Assembly (NCBI GenBank): GCA_964304625.1
Contig: OZ199839.1
Coordinates: 9,593,979 to 9,657,978 of the forward strand
Origin: Kudoa neothunni
Lineage: Eukaryota; Animalia; Cnidaria
Reading direction: 5' to 3'
DNA length: 64,000 nt
Shown: piece after piece, positions 39,394 to 50,414 of the stretch
How positions within the stretch are numbered: position 1 is the stretch's first letter
Layout of the letters: each line of letters begins with the position of its first letter
Program-made: the position numbers and the translations under genes
The notes under the pieces: generated by a model
Told to the model about the DNA's origin: nothing
The model's database searches: none
The model's input: the letters and a program-made list of their open reading frames with translations, nothing else

Positions 39394-42300
39394 ATGACTT
39401 CCTACAATGAACAATTAAAAGACGTTAGTTTTCATTTGTTTGTAGTATTGTGTTTTCATGTGAAAAAGGCCATAGCTGATTTGCAATTGAAAAAATCACA
39501 AATCGCCAAGCAACCCCTATAATTAATAGAAAAATCAACAGAATCAACTATAAACTATCCTACAACAAAATCATGTTGGAAAAAATCAATCTGCTACCAG
39601 GAGAAACTCGAACCTATCAGACTGTTGGGAATATGTAAGTTTTTGTGTTGTGTTGATTAGCAGCTCCGCATTTTATTCTATTTATTATTATAATATTGAA
39701 AGTAATTGATTTTTAATTAATATTTCATTTATTCTTTTGTTATTTTATTGATTAATTGGATTATTTAAAGAATATTTGCCTGAATTTTCGGGCATTTTTT
39801 GGAACTTTTCTCGATTCCCTATTTTACTTTTTATTGCTGTTACTATGAGACAATGGGATTTAAAATAATATATTTAATATCTCTTGTATTTTGTGTACAA
39901 GATTCTCAATTGTAAATGTGCTGATATGTATTTTTTGAACTCAAAAGAATTATGTATAAATTTAAAGTCAATTACTTTAATTAGTGTAATTAATAATATA
40001 TAAATGTTTTGTGTTGTTATATTCACTTTTTTGGCTATCACCAAAGATATGAATATAATCTTTAAACAGCTTTTGGATGTTTAAATTAATGAGTACAATA
40101 AACTCTCGATTTGGGTTACTTTTTGGGACCAAGAAAAAATTACTCAATGTCAAGAGGCGCACGCGAAACAACGAAAATAATTAATTTATAAAAATATTAG
40201 TTAATTTTGCAGGTTTTCTATGGTTTTGATCTTTTGGAGTAGTGGTTGTAATTTTCGACGAATACAATAGACGTTTCTTTTAAAAACTAGCGCATATGCA
40301 ACATAAAACTTTATTATCAAGCTCAAGCTCAAACTCAGTCTCAACGAAATAATCATAAATAAAGTTCTTATACCGTTTTCCTTTGAAATATAGTATTGCA
40401 AGCACTCCTATTAGTTAAAACTCCAGATTCGCTTTATTATCTTCGAGAAAATATTTAAATTTTGAGAAACTTCGTTGCACGGCTGTAGACGATAGCGGTA
40501 TATGAGCTAAATCTTCGCCTACATTAGACGATATGGAATACTTTGATTGTTTACTCTCTAAAATCAAGGAATTATCGTGTTATTACTTCTGTGGAATAAA
40601 AGTTTCAACAATCCTTGCTGTGAAATTTCTCGTTGATCAACGTTAATAAATTTTGATATACTTTAAAGTTAAAATATTGAGGAAATATTTTAACTTTGGT
40701 GAATTAGATATCTTTCATGAATTTTAAAATTAAATACTTCTTTTGTTTTTTGATCAATTTGGATAATTGAGAAATTAAAACAGACAAAATTTGATTTTTT
40801 ATTTTCCTCATGTATTCGTTTATTCGTGTATCCGTGTAATAATAAAGCGTCGTAGACCGGGTTTTAAATAACAGAGTCGACAACTCCGCACTCATTTTCT
40901 TAATGTTTAACATTTCTAGATCCACGACTTTCCATATTGCCCTTCTGACTAAATAAGACATCCTTACGATATGGTCATGATGTATTTTTATATGCGCCTC
41001 AGAAATTACCTCGGCAAGAATAACGAATTACATGCATTGAGGGCGTTTAATTTAACCAGAAATATAGATTCTTCATCGGTTTCTGGATCATAAAAACTAT
41101 CCAATATGTTAAATTATGAACGGATTTTAAAATCAGCACTTTCGTCTGTTATTAGGGGACATCATTTATTTCTTAAGACTGATTTAATGGCTTGCGAATT
41201 TTATTGCTGTATTATTGGTAGAATTTTGGTGTAAGAAATTCTACAGCTAGACGACAATAAATGATGTGCATATAAATTTCCTGTGAAATAATGGCAATAT
41301 TTACCATTTCTGTCGACAAATATCAATGGATATCCATCAAAAGTAACAATAAAAACCAGTTCCATTTCTAACTCATTATTCTTTTTATCTTAAACAAATA
41401 TTGGAGATTTGTGATAAATTTTCTAAGGCCGCATCTAATGACAGGTGTTTTCAATAAATTGGCGTTATAATTATATTTTTGGATAGAGGCAATTTTTATA
41501 CTTACAAAATTTATTATAGTAAGTAACCGATTTCACGCACTTTTAAAAACATATTTAATTATAATATTAATTGCATACATAATATGTTTCTTATTATATT
41601 TTGATCAAAATTTTTCAAAATTATTTTAAAAAGTTGTGAATTAATTTAACTAAAAGTCACGTAACCGACCAATTTAACGCATTCCCCCGGGTATTTCTCT
41701 TATTTAATTTGGTTAAATCAATATTTAATGCCAAAAACATCCTATAATTATACCTATCGACGAATAATACAATATTGCGTATTTTTATAAAAGTCTCCAA
41801 TCTAATGACCTAAAAACTGCTGCCAATGCATCACGTTTTAAAATATCTATTATCTTGACTCCTAATGACATTTTAGAGATGAAAAATAGAAATTATTTGC
41901 ATGCAGTACAATTTAATTCTATTGATAAAGATGTATATGAGTGGATTGAGTGGACACAAAGCAAAATGATTGTAGTATGTGTGTTCATGATAATAATCAA
42001 CAGAAATCAATTAACCAAAGAAAAAGGTTTACTTTCGTGTGCAGCTATTCGTTGTTTAAAAATCAAATTTTATTGATTAATCTGTTGATGCTACTACTGC
42101 CTGAAACTACTTCAGAGTATATCAATCAAATCAGAACATTTTTTTAAGATACTCTGAAAATTTTATGTACAATGTTAACGAAACTGCCTTATTCTACCGA
42201 TAGCAACAAGGGGAATATTTCATAAATTGTTGAAAAATATTTTTGTGCTGTTTATTATCTTTTAAAAATTAATATATAGGTAACTGGCATTTTTAATCGC

Positions 42301-43848
42301 AACTTAATCATTATTAAATGTCTATTTTTTCTGAAATAATTGTACGTGAAATTGGTTTCTTACTATATTAATCTATTAATCGGTGGAAATTTTCTTAGTA
42401 TTTATCACATGCGCCAAAAATTCGAATTGTAACATTTATACTTCCACACATATATTTTATTTAGTTAGTTATTTTAATAATTTTCATTTCTTATATTCGT
42501 ATTATACGCTTTTTAGGATTGATTTTATTAGAATTCAATATGGGTTATTGACTAGTGAAAATTTCTAATATGTGAATTTTTATATTCTAATACATTATAA
42601 TTGTAAATATTTGTTTCAGTCAATAAAAATTCCAATTCACAACAGAAATTTGTAATGATAAATATATAGTATATTATTTGTATAACTGAAATATTGTTTA
42701 AGTTTCACTGTTTGTTAAAAAGGCACAATCAATCAAGAGAGTATGAAATTTTTAAAAGTTAGCTATTGTGAAAATATGTTTATAGTTTCATTGAAAATGA
42801 AATATACTTAATAAAAACTTTTCTGCTGATTAGCAGAATTTGTATTTTTTGTCGATTAACAACATTTGTATTAATCTATGAGCTAATGTTATCGTAAACA
42901 AGACCTCACCAGGCTATATTCCTTGCACTCTTAGGTGCAGTGCCAACTTTTTTATTAAACCTAAATAAGCTACATATATTTCTTCTTAATCTGATATATT
43001 TATCATTGTTTTTATATAATTTACCCTAATTTTTAAAATTTTTTTGATACTATACTTCTCATTTTAGACTTGTTAAATCTTGCTGTTCTCAAGTGTATAA
43101 AACCAAATTTAATATAATTTAACTGAACTTGATGCTCATTTTTGTTTTTGATACCCGCTGATTCTCAGTACTATAACTTCATTTATTAAATAATCATCCA
43201 CAATATCTCAATAAGAAGTTTTTTTTTCTTCTCGCTATAATTTTTATATTACATCGTATAATCTATTTCAGAAGAAGTAAGGTTTTTCCGAATAATTTGA
43301 TATAGAAATAATCAATACAGTTCATGTTTATAATAAAAGTATATAATAAATATTAAACTATCCTTGAAAAATTATTGGTTCAAATAAATAGATGAATATA
43401 CGTTTTAATAAAATAAATGTAATTGTTATCATAACAATAATATTAAATTTAACAAATATGATTTATTACCAATTTTGGAATTATGTTCAAGTAGCAACTA
43501 TTATAGCATGTCCTCTTGCGACAATACTCAATACTATCAATTAATATGCTTGAGTTTAAAATAAACTTTCATAATATCATTACAACACAAATGTATTTTG
43601 TTACTGATGATCCATTTAGGTACGTTCTAGAGGACCGCTCGAGCATTATTATAGCATTGGAGGCTGAGATGAAAGGATTTAATGAGGATATAGCTCGGTT
43701 AGAAGTATATTACCATCCCATGTAACATTCTCTCAGTTGATTGCTAATTAAGAGCAACAAAAAACGACTCCAACTAGAATCAGTGCAATGTGAAGAGAAA
43801 GCGCGCCAACTCATATCAAACATCAAAGTCAAAAACGTCAAATCATGA
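39394..43848 (+). CDS. PFDN1: Prefoldin subunit 1 (exons 39394-39423, 39469-39634, 43620-43704, 43753-43848); largely missed by the ORF track
   Basis: Spliced product MTSYNEQLKD-AIADLQLKK(I)TNRQ..EKINLLPGETRTYQTVGNM-YVLEDRSSIIIALEAEMKGFNEDIARLE-SNKKRLQLESVQCEEKARQLI..* aligns with PFDN1 (ELKKAFTELQ..ETNMYEGVGRMFIL..). It needs one extra base in the A6 run at 39490-39495. Confidence 0.8.
40420..41350 (-). mobile_element. Decayed hAT-family transposase inside PFDN1 intron 2
   Basis: Minus-strand IPLSSTAVQRSFSKFKYFLEDNKANL (~40425-40503) matches the hAT dimerisation motif P.SS..VERSFS. WISID..VDRNGKY near 41300-41335 resembles the first catalytic-Asp region. Multiple stops and frameshifts. Confidence 0.55.
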
Positions 43849-43948
43849 TAAATAAAACAAATAATAGTTAGAATGCTATAGTTACTAATTTCTTTCAATT
43901 TTACTAATCAATTGTAACCTCCATTTCTCATTTCTGAGTCGTTGCGGA

Positions 43949-44953
43949 TTAAGCCAAAGCGAGTTTTTTCTCCTCAAGCAATTCCTCGGCTGAAGCCATC
44001 ATGGCGGCTTTGGTCTCTTCGGAGATAGCCAAATCTTTGACAATAGTGTATTTACCATCCTTGATAGTCACAGGGAAAGAGAAGAAAATTCCTGCGGGAA
44101 TTCCATAAGCGCTACCATCGGAGTAGACTCCCATGGATACCCAGTCACCTTCAGCAGTACCGTTGAACCAATCGTACATGTGATTGGCGGCAGCGTAGGC
44201 AGCAGAAAGCGCACTTGATCTCTTTCTGAGAGCAATCACAGCAGCGGCTCTTTCTTTCACTTCTGGTACGTACACTTCTTTCAACCACTTGGAGTCGTTG
44301 ATAGCTTCAAGGGCATTAACTTTTCCTTTACCTTCCAATTCGGCCATGGCAAACGAAGCGTCAGGAACCATGGAAGATGAGTGGTTACCCCACACCAAAG
44401 CTCTAGTCACCTGTCTGGGGTTGATGTTCAATTTCTCGGCGATAAACGATTTCGCCCTATTGTGGTCCAATCTGGTGAGACAGGAGAAGTTTTCTTTGGG
44501 GATTGTTTTGCTCATTTCAGCAAGTATAGCACAATTTGTATTGGCTGGGTTGGCAATAACAACAACTTTGCAGTTCTTGTTGGCATGCATATCCAAGTAC
44601 TCAGCCTGTTTTTGATAGATCTCACGGTTGGCTTGGAGAAGATCAGATCTTTTCATACCTTCCTTGAGGTTCAATGCACCAGCAACAAGCACAGCGGCAT
44701 CAATTCCTTCGAAAGCTTTCTCTTGATCCACAACAACATCTATCTGTCTCAGCAGAGGGAAAGCGCAATCCAACAGTTCCATTCTAACACCCTTGAGCAC
44801 ATCCTCACAAACTTTAAGATCGCACATGACCAAATGAACTGGCTGGTTGGGACCGAAATAACATCCAGATCCAATCATAAAAACTAAACTGTAACCAATT
44901 TGGCCAGCAGCTCCGGTAAGAAGCACTTTCAATGTCTTTTTCTCTTCAACCAT
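43949..44953 (-). CDS. Cytosolic malate dehydrogenase (MDH1)-family 2-hydroxyacid dehydrogenase with altered specificity residues (candidate LDH); intronless, 334 aa
   Basis: VLLTGAAGQIGYSL Rossmann motif, GVRMELLDCAFPLL, NPANTN, CLTRLDHNR (D163/R166), WGNHSS (H191), WVSMGVYSDG..YGIP..FSFPV. Family assignment is unambiguous, but the specificity Arg is replaced by Leu96, so the MDH1 symbol is withheld. Confidence 0.95.
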   Translation of the reverse strand: MVEEKKTLKVLLTGAAGQIGYSLVFMIGSGCYFGPNQPVHLVMCDLKVCEDVLKGVRMELLDCAFPLLRQIDVVVDQEKAFEGIDAAVLVAGALNLKEGMKRSDLLQANREIYQKQAEYLDMHANKNCKVVVIANPANTNCAILAEMSKTIPKENFSCLTRLDHNRAKSFIAEKLNINPRQVTRALVWGNHSSSMVPDASFAMAELEGKGKVNALEAINDSKWLKEVYVPEVKERAAAVIALRKRSSALSAAYAAANHMYDWFNGTAEGDWVSMGVYSDGSAYGIPAGIFFSFPVTIKDGKYTIVKDLAISEETKAAMMASAEELLEEKKLALA

Positions 44954-47900
44954 AACACCCGAATCAGCCAGTTAATTTACAGGACGTGTGAGGTTACCGA
45001 ACAGACAACTCGGAATATCCCTTAACACTCAATATGAGTTGGATTACAGTTGGTTCAATTAAATCCGAGTTGTAATCCATAAGAAGTATTGTACACGAGT
45101 TTATTCACAAATAAACTCTATCCTATATTGATACATATCGTCTGATTGGACTCCTGTAGACTCATTGATAACTGTTTTTGATAATGTTAGCAAAATATTT
45201 CCATTATGTTGTTTTCCACCCTAATTATCTGTTATCCAAATCAAACATCCTCTATTTTGATTTAATAATAGCACTATCTTATTGTTTATCGAAGATAACT
45301 GATTTTATTAAGCAGATGAGATTTTAATGCTAATTCATTCTAGAATATTCTGGTTTGACTTAATTTTAGCAAGTATCAACTGTACGCCCCCTTTGAATCA
45401 AGATTTAAAAATCTTTGAGTAATAGATTTCGCTAATATTTCAAATTATAAATATTCATTCCTTTATCTGTCCCAGTGTTATCCTATCCCTTGTGGAATAC
45501 ATAAAAAGAGGGTGTTAAAATAGTTCTCACGATACAGCTTAATCCTTGTTATACTCCTTCTCGCAAAACACGCTAGGGTTGTTTACATGAAAGCGGATCA
45601 TTCGTTATCCTTCCGTTGTTTCTTTTTATTTATTTGTTTTATACAACTACGGTGGGTAACTAATAATACACAATCTCATTAATATGGTGTATCCTAGTTT
45701 ATGTTAAGTGATACGTTTATAACATGGTAATGTTTATAAGAGGCTAATTGTCGTTAAAATCTTCTTGAATTAAACTAGGAAATTACCATTTCATTGTGCC
45801 ACGTGATTACCCAAATAGATTTTATTTTTCCGATTAAGTCACGTATATTTGATTTTTATTTATTTACAAATGTGAAACAATTAAATTCGTACGACTTGGT
45901 TTTTGAATAAATGTTAAAAATAACGGATAATTAATCCAGTCTACATCTGGAAACGTAATAATAATCATTAATAAACAGTTTATAATATACGGATGCGTCA
46001 AAGTTTACTCAAATGGTAGATTATATAAAATTTTGACACATTTCGTGAACGAATTCATGAGAACTCTGGATAAGATAATAATTTATCACTTGATCAATGC
46101 TTATGTCTGGATGGTTTGATGAAGTAAAAAAATTTAAGTTAATTTCAGTGGATAAAATAATTAAACTAAAAAATTAGTTATAAAAATAAGCAATGACTCA
46201 AATAATATCTAGGGTGATTTAGGGATACTAAACATTAGTGGGATATGGAGAGATTATGTTTTATATTTATATTATGCCCACATTATACCAATACAGATAG
46301 AAGGAGTTCTTCACACAAGTTGTAACATTTTTGAATGTTTCTCATAAGATTTTATATTTAATTAAATCAAGTTCATCTAATTTTATTGAAAATATGAATA
46401 ATTCTAATCCCCAAATAAGTCATTTTGTGGGTAGGAATTTGTTTTATGTTAACTTAAATCAAACGGGAAAAATTAAAAAATGCTATTAAGATATAACTAG
46501 GTATTTATTAAGCGAACAAAATTTTGAGCTTATGATTAATGTCCAATATAAAAATCAGTCCTAATATAAGATATTGGCATTCACCCATGTTCATCAGAAT
46601 GATTTAAGAATTTTTCGATGACAAGAGAATGCCTTTGGACATATCTAGCAAATATAATATATTCAATGTATATTAAAATGGAATAAATTAGATTTCTATA
46701 GATTGTTAATTTCCAGTTATTAAATAATGTAATACATGCAAAATATAAAATATTTAGATACGAATTATAAGAAATTTAGTTAAATGAGGCGCTAGAAAAT
46801 AAATAAGAAAAAAATTATTGTTATCATTACCCAAAAATGAACATTTTCTAAATATTATCTTAATGTAAATGACAACATTTTTTTTAAATAAAAATTTAAC
46901 AACCATTCTATTACCCATTCTGAATGTTAACGAAAATACAAAGACAAAATAATGCATCATTAAGTGAATTACGTATTATCGATTACATACTGTATACTCT
47001 TTTTAGCATTCAATTAATAATGCTGGATATATTATTTCTAAATCAGGTAACAACTTTAATACGTTATACATAGATAAAATTGATAGCTTTGATGTGTTTT
47101 TAAATTTCCAATTTATATAATATTTTATTAATTATGAAAAATATATGAATATGTTATATTCACTATAAATAATGCGTTATTTTATATCAACTTAACTTTT
47201 TTAAATTTAAAAATATTTACAATAGGTATTATTAATGAAAAGTGTGTAACGGAACAATTTATTTGTTTATTTATTCACATATATCCATCTATATTAGCTA
47301 AGACATTAATTATATTATCGATAAAAAGTATATCCCAACGTAGAAATAATTTGGTTGAAATAACACCTCGTTATAGTTAACATATCGTATTCCAATAAAC
47401 ATTTATTAAAATATTTATTTTCTAATTATTAAGCTCATAATAAAAAATTATATAAAGTTTAGAGTTTCCCAATAATTAATATAGTATTTTATAAACTTTT
47501 ATATTGGATATAACATTGGAAAAATTAAATAATTGTTTGCAATGATTTGTGTTAAATTTTTTATTTTAATTAGTCAATTATACGCTTTCATATTTTTAGT
47601 TTATTAACTGAAAATTATACTATTTCAAGAGTAATAAATTAGTTTTTATTTCAACGTTAGTATAATGAAAGCTTTTGCATTTATTATATATTTTTGTCTT
47701 AATACATTTTACTATTATAATAATAAAAAATATAATATTCATAAGATAATAATTTTAATAAATTGGATTATTTTCCATTAATACATTTAATTGTTTTTTT
47801 CTATTAAACTCAGAATCTTTTCAAAGAAAATTATGAAACTATGAATTTTGCAATTCTCTATATCACTTTAAATCTAATAAATTATCAGAAAGTATTATAT

Positions 47901-48536
47901 TGTATGTATTTATCTTATATAAATGAATTTCTATTGCTAACTTGCATATAAGACCAAATTATTAGGAAATTCACTCTTAATCAATAATAATACCAACAAA
48001 AATATATATCGCGAAAATATATATTACCAAATAAACAACATTAAAAAGTCATTATAATTTCATTAAATTAATTTATTTAACCAAAATTTTTATAGAAATA
48101 AACTAACTATAAGATGTGCGCACGCGTGCCACTAACAACGTTAAAACGTGTTTCAATTCTTTATTTTCATAGCTAAACTACATGTGTCTAAAGAAAAACG
48201 CCATTATAACCGCATAAAAATATACCATAAAGTCGCCATTTCCGATATATTCCAGTGATTCTGGCAACTTCGGATAATTAAAATCATTTATAAAATAACG
48301 AATTTGTTTGAATCTTGATATAAATGATTATCTCATTTTGTTCTTTAGATAGAACTATATCAATGAAAAATCTAAAATTAACAAGATATGTATTTTTCAT
48401 CAAATATTATTATTATTAATGGACCTTAATTACATAATCGTTTTTATTAATATTTTTTAATACACCTAATTTTAATTAAGAAATAATTTTCGAATGATGG
48501 CCGTGAGCCCTTTTTTATATTTATTTTTATTGGCGC

Positions 48537-50138
48537 ATGCCACATGGCATGTCGACTTTGTTGTATTTTTTGGGAAACGCAACCGTGAAAAATTTAAATA
48601 ATACTAGAATTTTTGCTAAATATCCCCAAATTTATGAATCTCACATTCCAGAGGAATTTGTTGTAGTTTGATGAGATTCAGTTAGGTAATTCATTAGATT
48701 CGATAGATAGAAAAGGTGTACTGTGGTTATTTCCGGACTTTCCTGGTTGGGCGATCACAGACACCGAGTGATGAAAAAGAGCTAGTTTTGGGTTGCGGAA
48801 ACAATCTCTACAATCAATTGGGTCTAATCCAGGATGAGTGTGGAGGTGTTACCCAAATTTCATCATGGAAACAATTGAGTTTGCCTCCTATCAAGATCAA
48901 GATAAGCCAAATTTCAAAGCCTTACAAGTGGAGTATCGCAGGAGGATTGTATCACACTTTCGCCTATATTAAAGGTTCTAGAGAGGGTGAGTTATTTTGT
49001 TTTTATTTCACATTATTTTACTCTATATTGCCGAATAACACAATTTATTGTAGCTTTCGTTTGTGGGAACAATAACTATGGTCAATGTGGGTTTCTGAGC
49101 AACGTTAAATATATACCCAACTGGAGACTCATTACCTTACCAGATGAGGAAATTATTAAAAAGGTATAATATTTTTCTTAGCTGTATATTGAAAAAAATT
49201 CACAGATTGTGTGTGGACATGACCATTCGTTCATCTTAACCGAATCAAATAATCTATACGCTTGTGGGCTGAATACGGATGCTCAATCTTCGAGAGATGG
49301 CCGGCAAACCGACAATGTTAATTGGGGTTGGAGTAAAGTTTCTGTAGATGGTAGATTATCTCATATCAAAGAAATTGTCGTTGGCGATGACTTTAATTTT
49401 TGCAAATCTCGTATTTTCACTTAAATAATAATTTGTAATGTTTAATTAGTTGATGATAAATGGTACAGTTGGGGTAACAATGAGTTATCGCAACTGGCTT
49501 TGAATGGCGCTAAATCCCAGTCGGAAAAATCTCTTTCCGATAAAGTAAATAATTATTAACAAATTTAACTTGGACTAAGCTTATTTAGATATATGGTCCA
49601 ACGTTGTCAAAATTACCCCACTTCAAAAATATTGCTCTTGGAAACAGTTATGGCATTGGTTTGGATGGTAATCGCCTTTTAAGTGAATTTATGTTGTTTA
49701 AGTAAAATTAGATGATAATAATTTGTGGGGATGGGGTGGCGGATTACCATTTCAATCGATGAAATATTCCTCTAATTATTCTCCTGTTCAGCTGTCAGGT
49801 TCGCTGTTAAAAATTGACGGAAAAATTATTGATTTGAAGGCTTCGACTGGCGTGTTTGGAATATTTACTGGTAATAATTCTTAGTTACACATATCATTTG
49901 AATATTTTTTTAATAGATTTGAATGAATTGACAATGGTTGGAAGAGTTTATAATAACATGTATGCTAATAGTTTAAACAACTCAACATATTCACCATACC
50001 AAGTTAAGCATGTAAATCAATTATTTTCTTATTCATTTAAATTATTAGCATTTTTAGTACACGTTCGAAGGAAGAATAAACAGTTGGAGTTTAAATCGAG
50101 ACCACGCAGCATTTTTAGTCCAAACAAATATTAATTAA
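48537..50138 (+). CDS. RCC1L: RCC1-like protein (RCC1L/WBSCR16-like), multi-exon; true start may lie further upstream (~48114)
   Basis: RCC1 repeats in the same order as RCC1L: VYCGYFRTFL, GCGNNLYNQLG, IAGGLYHT, VCGNNNYGQCG, IVCGHDHSFILTESNNLYACGLNTDAQ, YSWGNNELSQLA, LWGWGGG. Ends SLNRDHAAFLVQTNIN-TAA (50136-50138). Confidence 0.7.
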
Positions 50139-50414
50139 TGCTGATATAATTTTGAGTTAATTTCTTTATCATGAATATTTTGAAAAATATTGCCATTATT
50201 ATTTTATTTGATATAATTAGTTTTGTTGATATTGAGACCACAATTTAAATTATATGCAACCGATAATTGATATTTTTGGAGTTTTATGTTATATGGAATA
50301 CACCTAATAATATATACGTGTATATGTAATTATATAATTATGTAAAATACGAATTTTAAAATAATTTCAGTTTGAATTGGAATATATTTTAAAATATTTT
50401 ACTATCTATATTAA

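Noticed and set aside
44289-44887. Two plus-strand ORFs (108 and 168 aa) overlapping the MDH-family gene
   Set aside because: Antisense shadows of a GC-richer CDS with no recognisable protein features.
39635-44953. MDH-family gene nested in a PFDN1 intron
   Set aside because: PFDN1 ends at 43848, so the genes are convergent neighbours and not nested.
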